Positions 11,021 to 20,307 of a stretch of 32,000 bases of DNA are shown here, in pieces. The stretch lies in contig NC_000962.3 in the NCBI RefSeq assembly GCF_000195955.2, forward strand, positions 2,370,001-2,402,000, given 5' to 3'. Position 1 is the stretch's first letter. Every line of letters begins with the position of its first letter. The notes under the pieces were generated by a model. It ran no database searches and had not been told where the DNA came from. It saw only the letters and a list, made by a program, of their open reading frames with translations. A program made the translations under genes and the position numbers. This DNA comes from Mycobacterium tuberculosis H37Rv. GTDB lineage: Bacteria > Actinomycetota > Actinomycetes > Mycobacteriales > Mycobacteriaceae.

Positions 11021-11039
11021 ATAGGTTAGGCTACCCTAG
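11021..11039 (+). promoter_or_regulatory. IdeR iron box upstream of PPE37
   Basis: ATAGGTTAGGCTACCCTAG matches the mycobacterial IdeR consensus TWAGGTWAGSCTWACCTWA at 16/19 positions, 31 nt before the GTG start. An adjacent palindrome ATTAGG-gcat-CCTAAT lies at 11005-11020. Confidence 0.8.
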
Positions 11040-11070
11040 TTATTCCTGTGGTCGAAGGAGGCAGCCGAAC

Positions 11071-12492
11071 GTGACCTTCCCGATGTGGTTCGCAGTTCCG
11101 CCGGAAGTGCCGTCAGCATGGCTGTCCACCGGCATGGGCCCCGGTCCGCTGCTGGCCGCGGCCAGGGCGTGGCACGCGCTGGCCGCGCAATACACCGAAA
11201 TTGCAACGGAACTCGCAAGCGTGCTCGCTGCGGTGCAGGCAAGCTCGTGGCAGGGGCCCAGCGCCGACCGGTTCGTCGTCGCCCATCAACCGTTCCGGTA
11301 TTGGCTAACCCACGCTGCCACGGTGGCCACCGCAGCAGCCGCCGCGCACGAAACGGCCGCCGCCGGGTATACGTCCGCATTGGGGGGCATGCCTACGCTA
11401 GCCGAGTTGGCGGCCAACCATGCCATGCACGGCGCTCTGGTGACCACCAACTTCTTCGGTGTCAACACCATCCCGATCGCCCTCAACGAGGCCGACTACC
11501 TGCGCATGTGGATCCAGGCCGCCACCGTCATGAGCCACTATCAAGCCGTCGCGCACGAAAGCGTGGCGGCGACCCCCAGCACGCCGCCGGCGCCGCAGAT
11601 AGTGACCAGTGCGGCCAGCTCGGCGGCTAGCAGCAGCTTCCCCGACCCGACCAAATTGATCCTGCAGCTACTCAAGGATTTCCTGGAGCTGCTGCGCTAT
11701 CTGGCTGTTGAGCTGCTGCCGGGGCCGCTCGGCGACCTCATCGCCCAGGTGTTGGACTGGTTCATCTCGTTCGTGTCCGGTCCAGTCTTCACGTTTCTCG
11801 CCTACCTGGTGCTGGACCCACTGATCTATTTCGGACCGTTCGCCCCGCTGACGAGTCCGGTCCTGTTGCCTGCCGGGCTGACCGGGCTTGCCGGGCTCGG
11901 TGCGGTATCGGGGCCGGCCGGACCAATGGTCGAACGTGTGCACTCCGATGGTCCCAGCCGGCAAAGCTGGCCTGCGGCCACCGGAGTCACCCTGGTGGGT
12001 ACCAACCCGGCTGCCCTGGTTACCACGCCCGCACCCGCTCCGACCACGTCCGCGGCACCGACGGCACCGTCGACTCCCGGATCCAGTGCCGCCCAAGGCC
12101 TTTACGCGGTCGGTGGTCCCGACGGGGAAGGGTTCAACCCGATCGCCAAGACGACAGCACTCGCCGGTGTTACCACCGATGCCGCCGCACCTGCCGCCAA
12201 ACTGCCCGGCGACCAAGCTCAGAGCAGCGCCAGCAAAGCAACAAGACTGCGGCGACGTCTCCGGCAACACCGCTTCGAGTTTCTGGCCGACGACGGCCGC
12301 CTGACCATGCCAAACACACCGGAGATGGCAGACGTCGCCGCCGGCAACCGTGGATTGGATGCGCTGGGGTTCGCCGGCACGATCCCAAAATCGGCGCCCG
12401 GATCAGCGACCGGGCTTACTCACCTAGGCGGCGGATTCGCCGACGTCCTGTCGCAGCCGATGCTTCCGCACACGTGGGACGGGTCAGATTAA
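11071..12492 (+). CDS. PPE37: PPE-family protein PPE37, 473 aa
   Basis: N-terminal PPE motif (MTFPMWFAVPPEVPSAWLSTGMGPGPLLAAARAWHALAAQYTEIA...SWQGPSADRFV). GTG start preceded by GAAGGAGG. Confidence 0.94.
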   Translation: MTFPMWFAVPPEVPSAWLSTGMGPGPLLAAARAWHALAAQYTEIATELASVLAAVQASSWQGPSADRFVVAHQPFRYWLTHAATVATAAAAAHETAAAGYTSALGGMPTLAELAANHAMHGALVTTNFFGVNTIPIALNEADYLRMWIQAATVMSHYQAVAHESVAATPSTPPAPQIVTSAASSAASSSFPDPTKLILQLLKDFLELLRYLAVELLPGPLGDLIAQVLDWFISFVSGPVFTFLAYLVLDPLIYFGPFAPLTSPVLLPAGLTGLAGLGAVSGPAGPMVERVHSDGPSRQSWPAATGVTLVGTNPAALVTTPAPAPTTSAAPTAPSTPGSSAAQGLYAVGGPDGEGFNPIAKTTALAGVTTDAAAPAAKLPGDQAQSSASKATRLRRRLRQHRFEFLADDGRLTMPNTPEMADVAAGNRGLDALGFAGTIPKSAPGSATGLTHLGGGFADVLSQPMLPHTWDGSD

Positions 12493-15400
12493 ACGTTGAA
12501 GTACTTGGCTTCCGGATGGTGCAGGACGAACGCGTCGGTCGACTGTTCGGGATGCAGCTGTAATTCCTCGGATAACGTCACACCGATGCGTTCGGGCTCC
12601 AGCAGCGCCATCATCTTGGCGCGGTCCTCCAGATCCGGGCATGCGCCGTAGCCGAAGGCAAAGCGAGCACCGCGGTAGCCGAGCTTGAAATAGTCTTCTT
12701 TCGCCTCCGGATCCTCGGCCGCCATCGCCCGATCCCCGGAGAACTTGAGCTCCTCACGGATCCGCCGGTGCCAGTACTCGGCCAGCGCCTCGGTGAGCTG
12801 CACGCCGATACCGTGCACCTCCAGGTAGTCGCGGTAGGCGTTGGACGCGAACAGCTCGTTGGCGAAATCCGCGATCGGCTGACCCATGGTCACCAGCTGG
12901 AACGGCAGCACGTCAACCTCGCCACGCTCGGCGGCCAGCTCCCGCGAGCGGATGAAATCGGCAATGCACAAAAACCGACCGCGCTGCTGGCGCGGGAAGT
13001 GAAACCGGTAGCGCACCGGGGCGTCGGGCTTGGGCTCGGTGAGCACCACGATGTCGTTGCCCTCGGACACCGCCGGGAAATAGCCGTACACCACGGCGGC
13101 GTGCGCCAAGATGCCGTCGGTGGACAGCCGGTCCAACCAGTACCGCAGCCGCGGCCGGCCCTCGGTCTCGACGAGATCTTCGTAGGACGGACCCTCACCG
13201 CCGCGCTGGCCGCGTAAACCCCACTGGCCCAAAAACAATGCGCGCTCATCGAGCAGACCGGTGTAGTCGGCCACCGCCAGGCCCTTGACGATCCGCGAAC
13301 CCCAGAACGGCGGCGCCGGGACCTCGATGTCGGCCGCGACATCGGAGCGTTCGGGCACCTCGACTGGTTCTTCGGCGGCTTTGCGCTGTGCGGCAATGCG
13401 TTTGGATCGCTGGTGGCGGGCCTTACGTTCGGCTTCTTTCTCACGCGCCTTAATGGCTTCCGGGCTGTTTTCGTCGGGCGCCTCGCCGCGCTTGGCGCTC
13501 ATGATGGTGTCCATCAACTTCAGGCCCTCGAAAGCGTCTCGCGCGTAATGCACTTCGCCCTGGTAGATCTCGGCCAGGTCGTTTTCGACATAGCTGCGCG
13601 TCAACGCCGCGCCGCCGAGCAGCACCGGGAACTTTTCGGCGACTCCCCGGGTGTTCATCTCCTCGAGGTTTTCCTTCATCACCACGGTCGACTTCACCAG
13701 CAGGCCCGACATGCCGACCACGTCGGCGCTCTTGTCCTCGGCGACTTCGAGGATGGTGGCGATTGGCTGCTTGATGCCGATGTTGACCACTTCGTAGCCG
13801 TTGTTGCTCAAGATGATGTCGACCAGGTTCTTGCCGATGTCGTGCACGTCGCCCTTGACGGTGGCCAGCACGATGCGTCCCTTGCCCGAATCGTCGTCCG
13901 AGCGCTCCATGTGCGGTTCCAGATACGCGACGGCGGCTTTCATTACCTCCGCCGACTGCAGCACGAACGGCAGCTGCATCTGGCCGGAGCCGAAGAGCTC
14001 GCCGACCGTCTTCATGCCGGCCAGCAGATGTTCGTTGATGATCTGAAGCGGCGGCTTTTGCGTCATCGCCTCGTCGAGATCGGCGTCCAGGCCGTTGCGC
14101 TCGCCGTCGACGATGCGTTGGGCCAGCCGTTCGAACAGCGGCAGCCCAGCTAGTTCAGCCAGTCGGTCCTCTTTCGAGGAGGCCGCCGACACGCCTTCGA
14201 ACAGCCGCATCAGCTCCTGCAGCGGATCGTAGTCCTCGCGGCGGCGGTCGTAGACCAGATCCAGGGCGACGTTGCGTTGCTCCTCGGGAATCCGGTTCAT
14301 CGGCAGGATCTTCGACGCGTGCACGATCGCCGAATCCAGCCCCGCTTCTTGGCATTCGTGCAGGAACACCGAGTTGAGCACCTGGCGCGCTGCGGGATTG
14401 AGACCAAACGAGATGTTGGACAGACCAAGTGTGGTCTGCACATCCGGGTGGCGCTTTTTCAGTTCGCGGATCGCCTCGATGGTCTCGATGCCGTCGCGGC
14501 GGGACTCCTCCTGACCGGTGGCGATGGTGAACGTCAAGGTGTCGATGAGGATGGATGATTCGTCGACGCCCCAGTTGCCGGTGATGTCGTTGATCAGCCG
14601 CTCGGCGATCTCGACCTTCTTCTGCGCGGTGCGGGCCTGGCCCTCTTCGTCGATGGTCAGCGCGACCACCGCCGCGCCGTGCTCGGCGACCAGCGCCATG
14701 GTCTTGGCAAAGCGCGATTCCGGGCCGTCGCCGTCCTCGTAGTTCACCGAGTTGATCGCGCAACGGCCACCCAGATGCTCCAAACCCGCCTGCAGCACCG
14801 CGGTTTCGGTGGAGTCCAGCATGATCGGCAGCGTCGAGGACGTGGCCAGCCGGCTGGCCAGCGCCTTCATGTCGGCCACACCGTCGCGGCCCACGTAGTC
14901 CACACACAGGTCCAGCAGGTGGGCGCCGTCGCGGGTCTGGTCCTTGGCGATGTCCAGGCACTTCTGGTAGTCCTCGGCGATCATCGCCTCACGAAAACCC
15001 TTGGAGCCGTTGGCGTTCGTTCGCTCCCCGATCACCAGAACCGAGGCGTCCTGGGCGAACGGGATTGCGGTGTACAGCGACGACACCGACGGCTCGTAGC
15101 TGACCTGTCGCTCGGGACGCTTGATGTTCGCAACCGCGGCAGCCACTTCGCGGATATGGGCCGGGGTGGTGCCGCAGCAGCCACCGACCAGCGAGAGCCC
15201 GAACTCGGCGATGAAGCCGGCCAGCGCCTCGGCCAATTCGTCGGGCAGCAACGGATATTCGGCGCCCTTGGCGCCCAGCACCGGCAACCCGGCGTTGGGC
15301 ATCACCGACACCGGGATGCGGGCGTGCCGGGACAGGTGGCGCAGGTGCTCGCTCATCTCGGCCGGACCCGTCGCGCAGTTCAAGCCGATCATGTCCACAC

Positions 15401-16067
15401 CGAGCGGCTCGACAGCGGTCAACGCCGCCCCGATCTCGCTGCCCAGCAGCATGGTGCCGGTGGTCTCGACGGTGACGTGGGCAAACACCGGAATGTGCCG
15501 CCCGGCCCGCGTCATCGCCCGCCGCGACCCCAACACCGCCGCCTTCAGCTGCAGTAGGTCCTGGCAGGTTTCCACCAGGATGGCGTCGGCTCCGCCGTCC
15601 AGCATGCCCAGCGCGGCCTCGGTGTAGGCGTCGCGGATCACCGCGTATTCGGTGTGGCCCAGAGTCGGCAGCTTGGTGCCCGGCCCCATCGACCCCAGCA
15701 CGTAGCGCTTGCGGTCGGGACTGCCCAGCTCGTCGGCCACCCGGCGTGCGATCGCGGTGCCCTTCTGTGATAGATCGCGGATCCTGTCGGCGATGTCGTA
15801 GTCGCCGAGGTTGGACAGGTTGCAGCCAAACGTGTTCGTCTCGACGGCGTCGGCGCCCGCTTCGAAATAGTTGCGGTGAATGGTTTCCAGCACGTCAGGG
15901 CGGGTTTCGTTGAGGATCTCGTTGCAGCCCTCCAGGCCGCGGAAGTCGTCGAGCGTGAGGTCCGCGGCCTGTAGTTGGGTTCCCATTGCACCGTCGCCGA
16001 CCATCACTCGCTGCGACAAGACGTCGAGCAGATCGGTGTCGTAGAGGTGCTTGTCGGCCGCAGTCAC
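12489..16067 (-). CDS. metH: Cobalamin-dependent methionine synthase MetH, 1192 aa
   Basis: Homocysteine-binding domain (GDGAMGTQLQ, GGCCGTTP), pterin-binding domain (ERTNANGSKGFREAM), B12 motif GDVHDIGKNLV, and C-terminal activation domain. Confidence 0.97.
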   Translation of the reverse strand: MTAADKHLYDTDLLDVLSQRVMVGDGAMGTQLQAADLTLDDFRGLEGCNEILNETRPDVLETIHRNYFEAGADAVETNTFGCNLSNLGDYDIADRIRDLSQKGTAIARRVADELGSPDRKRYVLGSMGPGTKLPTLGHTEYAVIRDAYTEAALGMLDGGADAILVETCQDLLQLKAAVLGSRRAMTRAGRHIPVFAHVTVETTGTMLLGSEIGAALTAVEPLGVDMIGLNCATGPAEMSEHLRHLSRHARIPVSVMPNAGLPVLGAKGAEYPLLPDELAEALAGFIAEFGLSLVGGCCGTTPAHIREVAAAVANIKRPERQVSYEPSVSSLYTAIPFAQDASVLVIGERTNANGSKGFREAMIAEDYQKCLDIAKDQTRDGAHLLDLCVDYVGRDGVADMKALASRLATSSTLPIMLDSTETAVLQAGLEHLGGRCAINSVNYEDGDGPESRFAKTMALVAEHGAAVVALTIDEEGQARTAQKKVEIAERLINDITGNWGVDESSILIDTLTFTIATGQEESRRDGIETIEAIRELKKRHPDVQTTLGLSNISFGLNPAARQVLNSVFLHECQEAGLDSAIVHASKILPMNRIPEEQRNVALDLVYDRRREDYDPLQELMRLFEGVSAASSKEDRLAELAGLPLFERLAQRIVDGERNGLDADLDEAMTQKPPLQIINEHLLAGMKTVGELFGSGQMQLPFVLQSAEVMKAAVAYLEPHMERSDDDSGKGRIVLATVKGDVHDIGKNLVDIILSNNGYEVVNIGIKQPIATILEVAEDKSADVVGMSGLLVKSTVVMKENLEEMNTRGVAEKFPVLLGGAALTRSYVENDLAEIYQGEVHYARDAFEGLKLMDTIMSAKRGEAPDENSPEAIKAREKEAERKARHQRSKRIAAQRKAAEEPVEVPERSDVAADIEVPAPPFWGSRIVKGLAVADYTGLLDERALFLGQWGLRGQRGGEGPSYEDLVETEGRPRLRYWLDRLSTDGILAHAAVVYGYFPAVSEGNDIVVLTEPKPDAPVRYRFHFPRQQRGRFLCIADFIRSRELAAERGEVDVLPFQLVTMGQPIADFANELFASNAYRDYLEVHGIGVQLTEALAEYWHRRIREELKFSGDRAMAAEDPEAKEDYFKLGYRGARFAFGYGACPDLEDRAKMMALLEPERIGVTLSEELQLHPEQSTDAFVLHHPEAKYFNV

Positions 16068-16167
16068 ATGGCAAGGATAGTCGGCCTATGAAATTTCCTC
16101 AGTCGTTGACAGCGCTCTGCCAGGTACCGCGACGTCGCATCGGTCACAGCTGCCACAAGAGTCTCAG

Positions 16168-16198
16168 CTGAGGCAGGCACACAACGTGCCCACCTCAG
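16168..16198. promoter_or_regulatory. Intergenic hairpin between divergent metH and the PAC2 gene
   Basis: CTGAGG-CA-GGCAC / loop ACAAC / GTGCC-CA-CCTCAG: 11 of 13 stem positions pair. It overlaps the perfect palindrome CTCAGCTGAG (16163-16172). Regulatory function is inferred only. Confidence 0.35.
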
Positions 16199-16292
16199 CG
16201 CGACAAAGCGTGGCCATCGCTACTAGCCGGGCCGCCTCAGACGACGTGCACGGTTCGCATCGTCGCCCGGGTGGACGCCGTAGGCTGACCAG

Positions 16293-17171
16293 GTGACCCC
16301 ATCGGAGGGCAACGCACCGCTGCCCGAACTGCACAACACCGTCGTCGTGGCTGCGTTCGAGGGCTGGAACGACGCCGGCGACGCGGCCGGCGATGCCGTG
16401 GCACACCTGGCGGCCAGCTGGCAAGCACTGCCGATTGTCGAGATCGATGACGAGGCCTACTACGACTACCAGGTCAATCGGCCGGTCATCCGCCAAGTCG
16501 ATGGGGTTACCCGGGAACTGCAGTGGCCGGCCATGCGGATCTCGCACTGCCGCCCACCCGGCAGCGACCGCGACGTGGTGTTGATGTGCGGGGTGGAGCC
16601 GAATATGCGCTGGCGCACGTTTTGCGACGAGTTGCTGGCGGTCATCGACAAACTCAACGTGGACACCGTGGTGATCCTGGGGGCGCTGCTGGCCGACACC
16701 CCACACACCCGGCCGGTGCCGGTCTCGGGCGCGGCCTACTCCGCGGCGTCGGCGCGGCAGTTCGGCCTTCAAGAAACACGCTACGAGGGCCCCACCGGCA
16801 TCGCCGGCGTCTTCCAATCTGCCTGTGTGGGGGCCGGCATCCCGGCGGTGACGTTTTGGGCGGCGGTGCCGCACTATGTGTCGCACCCACCGAACCCGAA
16901 GGCGACGATTGCGTTGCTGCGCCGGGTCGAGGACGTGCTCGACGTCGAGGTGCCGTTGGCGGACCTGCCCGCACAGGCCGAAGCGTGGGAGCGCGAGATC
17001 ACCGAGACGATCGCCGAAGATCACGAGCTGGCCGAGTACGTGCAGACGCTGGAACAGCACGGCGACGCCGCGGTGGACATGAACGAGGCTCTCGGCAACA
17101 TCGACGGCGACGCGCTGGCCGCCGAGTTCGAGCGCTATCTGCGCCGGCGCCGCCCGGGGTTCGGGCGCTAG
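16293..17171 (+). CDS. PAC2 (proteasome assembly chaperone 2-like) family protein, 292 aa
   Basis: FEGWNDAGDAAGDAVAHLA, GALLADTPHTRPVPVSG, GPTGIAGVFQSACVGAGIPAVTFWAAVPHYVSHPPNPKA. Corresponds to Rv2125. Confidence 0.88.
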   Translation: MTPSEGNAPLPELHNTVVVAAFEGWNDAGDAAGDAVAHLAASWQALPIVEIDDEAYYDYQVNRPVIRQVDGVTRELQWPAMRISHCRPPGSDRDVVLMCGVEPNMRWRTFCDELLAVIDKLNVDTVVILGALLADTPHTRPVPVSGAAYSAASARQFGLQETRYEGPTGIAGVFQSACVGAGIPAVTFWAAVPHYVSHPPNPKATIALLRRVEDVLDVEVPLADLPAQAEAWEREITETIAEDHELAEYVQTLEQHGDAAVDMNEALGNIDGDALAAEFERYLRRRRPGFGR

Positions 17172-17201
17172 AGGGAGGTTGCGCTGCGGCGGACGACGGT
17201 G

Positions 17202-18319
17202 TCAGCCGGGCGGCCCAGGATCGCCGGAATCACCCTGAGTGCCCGGAGCGCCGGCTTTGCCGGGATTCGTGCCTGTCGACGTACCACCGCCGGCACCAGC
17301 CTCGCCGCGCGCACCGCCGCCGCCGCCGGCCCCGCCCTCGCCGCCGCTGCCCATGGCGCCGTGGGCGCCCGAGTGGCCACTGAGCCAGCCGCCCGCCCCG
17401 CCCGCGCCACCGGCACCGCGGGCACCTCCGGCGCCGCCGGTGCCACCATCGCCACCATCGCCGCCGTCACCGCCGCGGCCACCGAAGGCGTTACCACCCC
17501 CAAAGGCGCTGGCAACGCCGCCGCCACCGGTCCCGCCGGCCCCTCCCCCACCGCCCACACCGCCGGCACCGCCAATGCCGCCGGCACCGCCAGCCCCGCC
17601 GTCACCGATCAGCAGCCCGCCGGCCCCGCCAGCCCCGCCCGCGCCGCCGGCACCACCCATGCCGCCAGAGGCTCCGGTATTCCCGTTGCCGCCGAAGCCA
17701 CCGCGGCCACCTTGGGCAAAGCCCCCAGTGAATTCGTCGGCGAACCCACCTTTCCCGCCGTCGCCACCGAGGCCGCCGGGAGCGCCGGCGCCTCCGATGC
17801 CGCCATTGCCACCGGCGCCGCCGGCCCCGCCGTTACCGATCAATCCCGCACTGTTGCCGGCCCCACGGTCCTGACCGGCGGCACCCGCCCCACCGTGCCC
17901 GCCATTGCCATACAGCAATCCACCCGGCCCACCGGGCTGGCCCGGCCCGCCGTTAGCGCCGTCGCCGATCAACGGCCGGCCAACAATGCCTGGGTGGGCG
18001 CATTGACGGCATTGAGCACTTCGTGTGCCAACGTGGCGTTGGCGGTCTCGGCGGCCGCGTACCACCCGCCACCCGAGGTTAGGGCCGCGACAAACTGCGC
18101 GAGATACGCGGCCGCCTGCGCGCTGATCTGTTGGTATTCCTGCGCATTCGCGCCGAACAGCGCCGCGATAGCCATCGACACCTCGTCGGCGGCGGTCGGC
18201 CGCCAACGCCGTCGTCGGGCCTGCCACGAGCGCATTGGCCGCGCTGATCGCCGAACCGATCCCCGCCACATCTGCGGCGGCCGCGGTCAGAAAGAAGGTT
18301 GCGCGATTACGAACGACAT
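17202..18319 (-). pseudogene. PE_PGRS37: PE_PGRS37 with frameshifted PE domain. The downstream PGRS part is open from TTG 17972 to 17202
   Basis: SD-like GGAG plus ATG at 18319 encodes [10 protein letters not shown] then stop. The rest of a PE domain is recoverable only by switching frame three times before the Gly-Gly-Ala/Gly-Gly-Asn PGRS repeats. Confidence 0.85.
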
Positions 18320-18615
18320 GTAGTCTCCAACCGTTTACGGCCGCCCGGCAAGGACCTAACGAACCGTTAAGTAGGCGGCGACAGCGCGAACGCTACCGTG
18401 ACCGCACTCGCGCGACCCCACACTAGGAAGCAGCACTAATGATTTTCTTATCTTCTCCGCAGCATCGACGGCGCCAGCCGACGTTGCGGTGTGTGCGGGT
18501 ACGATTCCGGTGGAGTTGCCGCCACCCCTAGAGTGGGCGAGGATCGCAAGAGCAAATTCCGCGCCGGTAGGACAACGATAGGACCGCCATTACGAAGCCG
18601 CCCGAGACTCCTGAA

Positions 18616-20085
18616 TTGAGCGCGGCCTCACAGCGTGTCGGCGCCTTCGGCGAAGAGGCCGGCTATCACAAAGGCCTCAAGCCCCGACAACTGCAGATGA
18701 TCGGGATCGGCGGCGCGATTGGGACCGGCCTGTTCCTCGGCGCCGGCGGCCGGCTTGCCAAGGCCGGACCTGGGTTGTTCTTGGTGTACGGCGTGTGCGG
18801 GGTTTTTGTCTTCCTGATCCTGCGGGCGCTGGGTGAGCTGGTGCTGCACCGTCCGTCGTCAGGCTCGTTTGTGTCGTATGCACGTGAATTTTTCGGCGAG
18901 AAGGCCGCTTACGCGGTGGGCTGGATGTACTTCCTGCACTGGGCGATGACGTCGATCGTGGACACCACCGCGATCGCCACCTACTTGCAGCGTTGGACGA
19001 TCTTCACGGTGGTCCCGCAATGGATTCTTGCCCTGATCGCCTTGACGGTGGTGTTGTCGATGAACCTGATTTCGGTCGAATGGTTCGGCGAGCTGGAGTT
19101 TTGGGCCGCGCTGATCAAGGTTCTCGCGCTGATGGCGTTCCTAGTGGTGGGAACCGTTTTTTTGGCCGGGCGATACCCCGTCGACGGCCACAGCACCGGA
19201 TTGAGCTTGTGGAACAACCATGGCGGGCTGTTCCCGACAAGCTGGCTGCCGCTGCTGATCGTTACCTCGGGAGTGGTGTTCGCGTACTCAGCAGTCGAAT
19301 TGGTAGGGACGGCGGCCGGGGAGACCGCCGAGCCGGAGAAGATCATGCCGCGGGCGATCAATTCGGTGGTCGCTCGCATCGCGATCTTTTATGTCGGGTC
19401 GGTGGCCCTGCTAGCGCTGTTGCTGCCGTATACCGCCTACAAGGCCGGCGAGAGCCCGTTCGTCACGTTCTTTTCCAAAATCGGTTTCCACGGTGCCGGT
19501 GACTTGATGAACATCGTTGTGCTTACCGCCGCGCTGTCGAGCCTGAACGCGGGGCTGTATTCGACCGGCCGCGTCATGCATTCGATCGCGATGAGCGGCA
19601 GCGCCCCAAGGTTCACCGCGCGAATGTCGAAAAGCGGTGTGCCCTACGGCGGGATCGTGTTGACCGCGGTCATCACCCTGTTCGGTGTCGCGCTGAACGC
19701 CTTCAAGCCCGGTGAAGCCTTCGAGATTGTGCTCAACATGTCCGCGCTGGGCATCATCGCGGGTTGGGCCACCATCGTGCTGTGTCAGCTTCGACTTCAC
19801 AAGCTGGCCAACGCCGGGATCATGCAGCGGCCGCGGTTCCGCATGCCCTTCTCCCCCTACAGCGGCTACCTCACCTTGCTCTTCTTGCTTGTCGTGCTGG
19901 TTACGATGGCGTCCGACAAACCGATCGGCACCTGGACGGTGGCGACACTGATTATTGTCATTCCGGCCCTGACCGCAGGCTGGTACCTGGTACGCAAGCG
20001 TGTCATGGCCGTCGCCCGCGAAAGGCTGGGTCATACCGGGCCATTTCCGGCGGTCGCCAACCCGCCCGTGAGGTCAAGAGACTGA
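18616..20085 (+). CDS. ansP1: Amino-acid permease AnsP1 (asparagine/aspartate transporter), 489 aa
   Basis: APC-superfamily permease signature [38 protein letters not shown] start at 18616. Confidence 0.92.
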   Translation: MSAASQRVGAFGEEAGYHKGLKPRQLQMIGIGGAIGTGLFLGAGGRLAKAGPGLFLVYGVCGVFVFLILRALGELVLHRPSSGSFVSYAREFFGEKAAYAVGWMYFLHWAMTSIVDTTAIATYLQRWTIFTVVPQWILALIALTVVLSMNLISVEWFGELEFWAALIKVLALMAFLVVGTVFLAGRYPVDGHSTGLSLWNNHGGLFPTSWLPLLIVTSGVVFAYSAVELVGTAAGETAEPEKIMPRAINSVVARIAIFYVGSVALLALLLPYTAYKAGESPFVTFFSKIGFHGAGDLMNIVVLTAALSSLNAGLYSTGRVMHSIAMSGSAPRFTARMSKSGVPYGGIVLTAVITLFGVALNAFKPGEAFEIVLNMSALGIIAGWATIVLCQLRLHKLANAGIMQRPRFRMPFSPYSGYLTLLFLLVVLVTMASDKPIGTWTVATLIIVIPALTAGWYLVRKRVMAVARERLGHTGPFPAVANPPVRSRD

Positions 20086-20288
20086 TGCTTCGAAGAGGTG
20101 AATCGATCATCCGCAACCGTTACGCCAGTAAGCCACCACTGTACGGAATGGCAATGGTCTTCTTGGCCATGGCCGTCGTCGCCGTGACCGCGTACTTTCG
20201 CATGGGCTGGTGGTCGATCATCGGTTACGCCGCCGCTGCCATTATCGGAGTGATCGGGTTCGCACTCGCCTTCCGCGACCTGTCCTGA
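20085..20288 (+). CDS. Small membrane protein, 67 aa
   Basis: [72 protein letters not shown] overlap with the ansP1 stop. Corresponds to Rv2128. Confidence 0.85.
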   Translation: MLRRGESIIRNRYASKPPLYGMAMVFLAMAVVAVTAYFRMGWWSIIGYAAAAIIGVIGFALAFRDLS

Positions 20289-20307
20289 ATCGAGCGCGAC
20301 AGAACCT

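Noticed and set aside
14155-15557. 268-aa and 292-aa ORFs inside metH
   Set aside because: Alternate and antisense frames of a single continuous 1192-aa MetH reading frame.
17202-17972. PGRS tract considered as a mobile or structural repeat
   Set aside because: Gly-Gly-X codon repeats are the normal PGRS coding pattern; no inverted ends or transposase.
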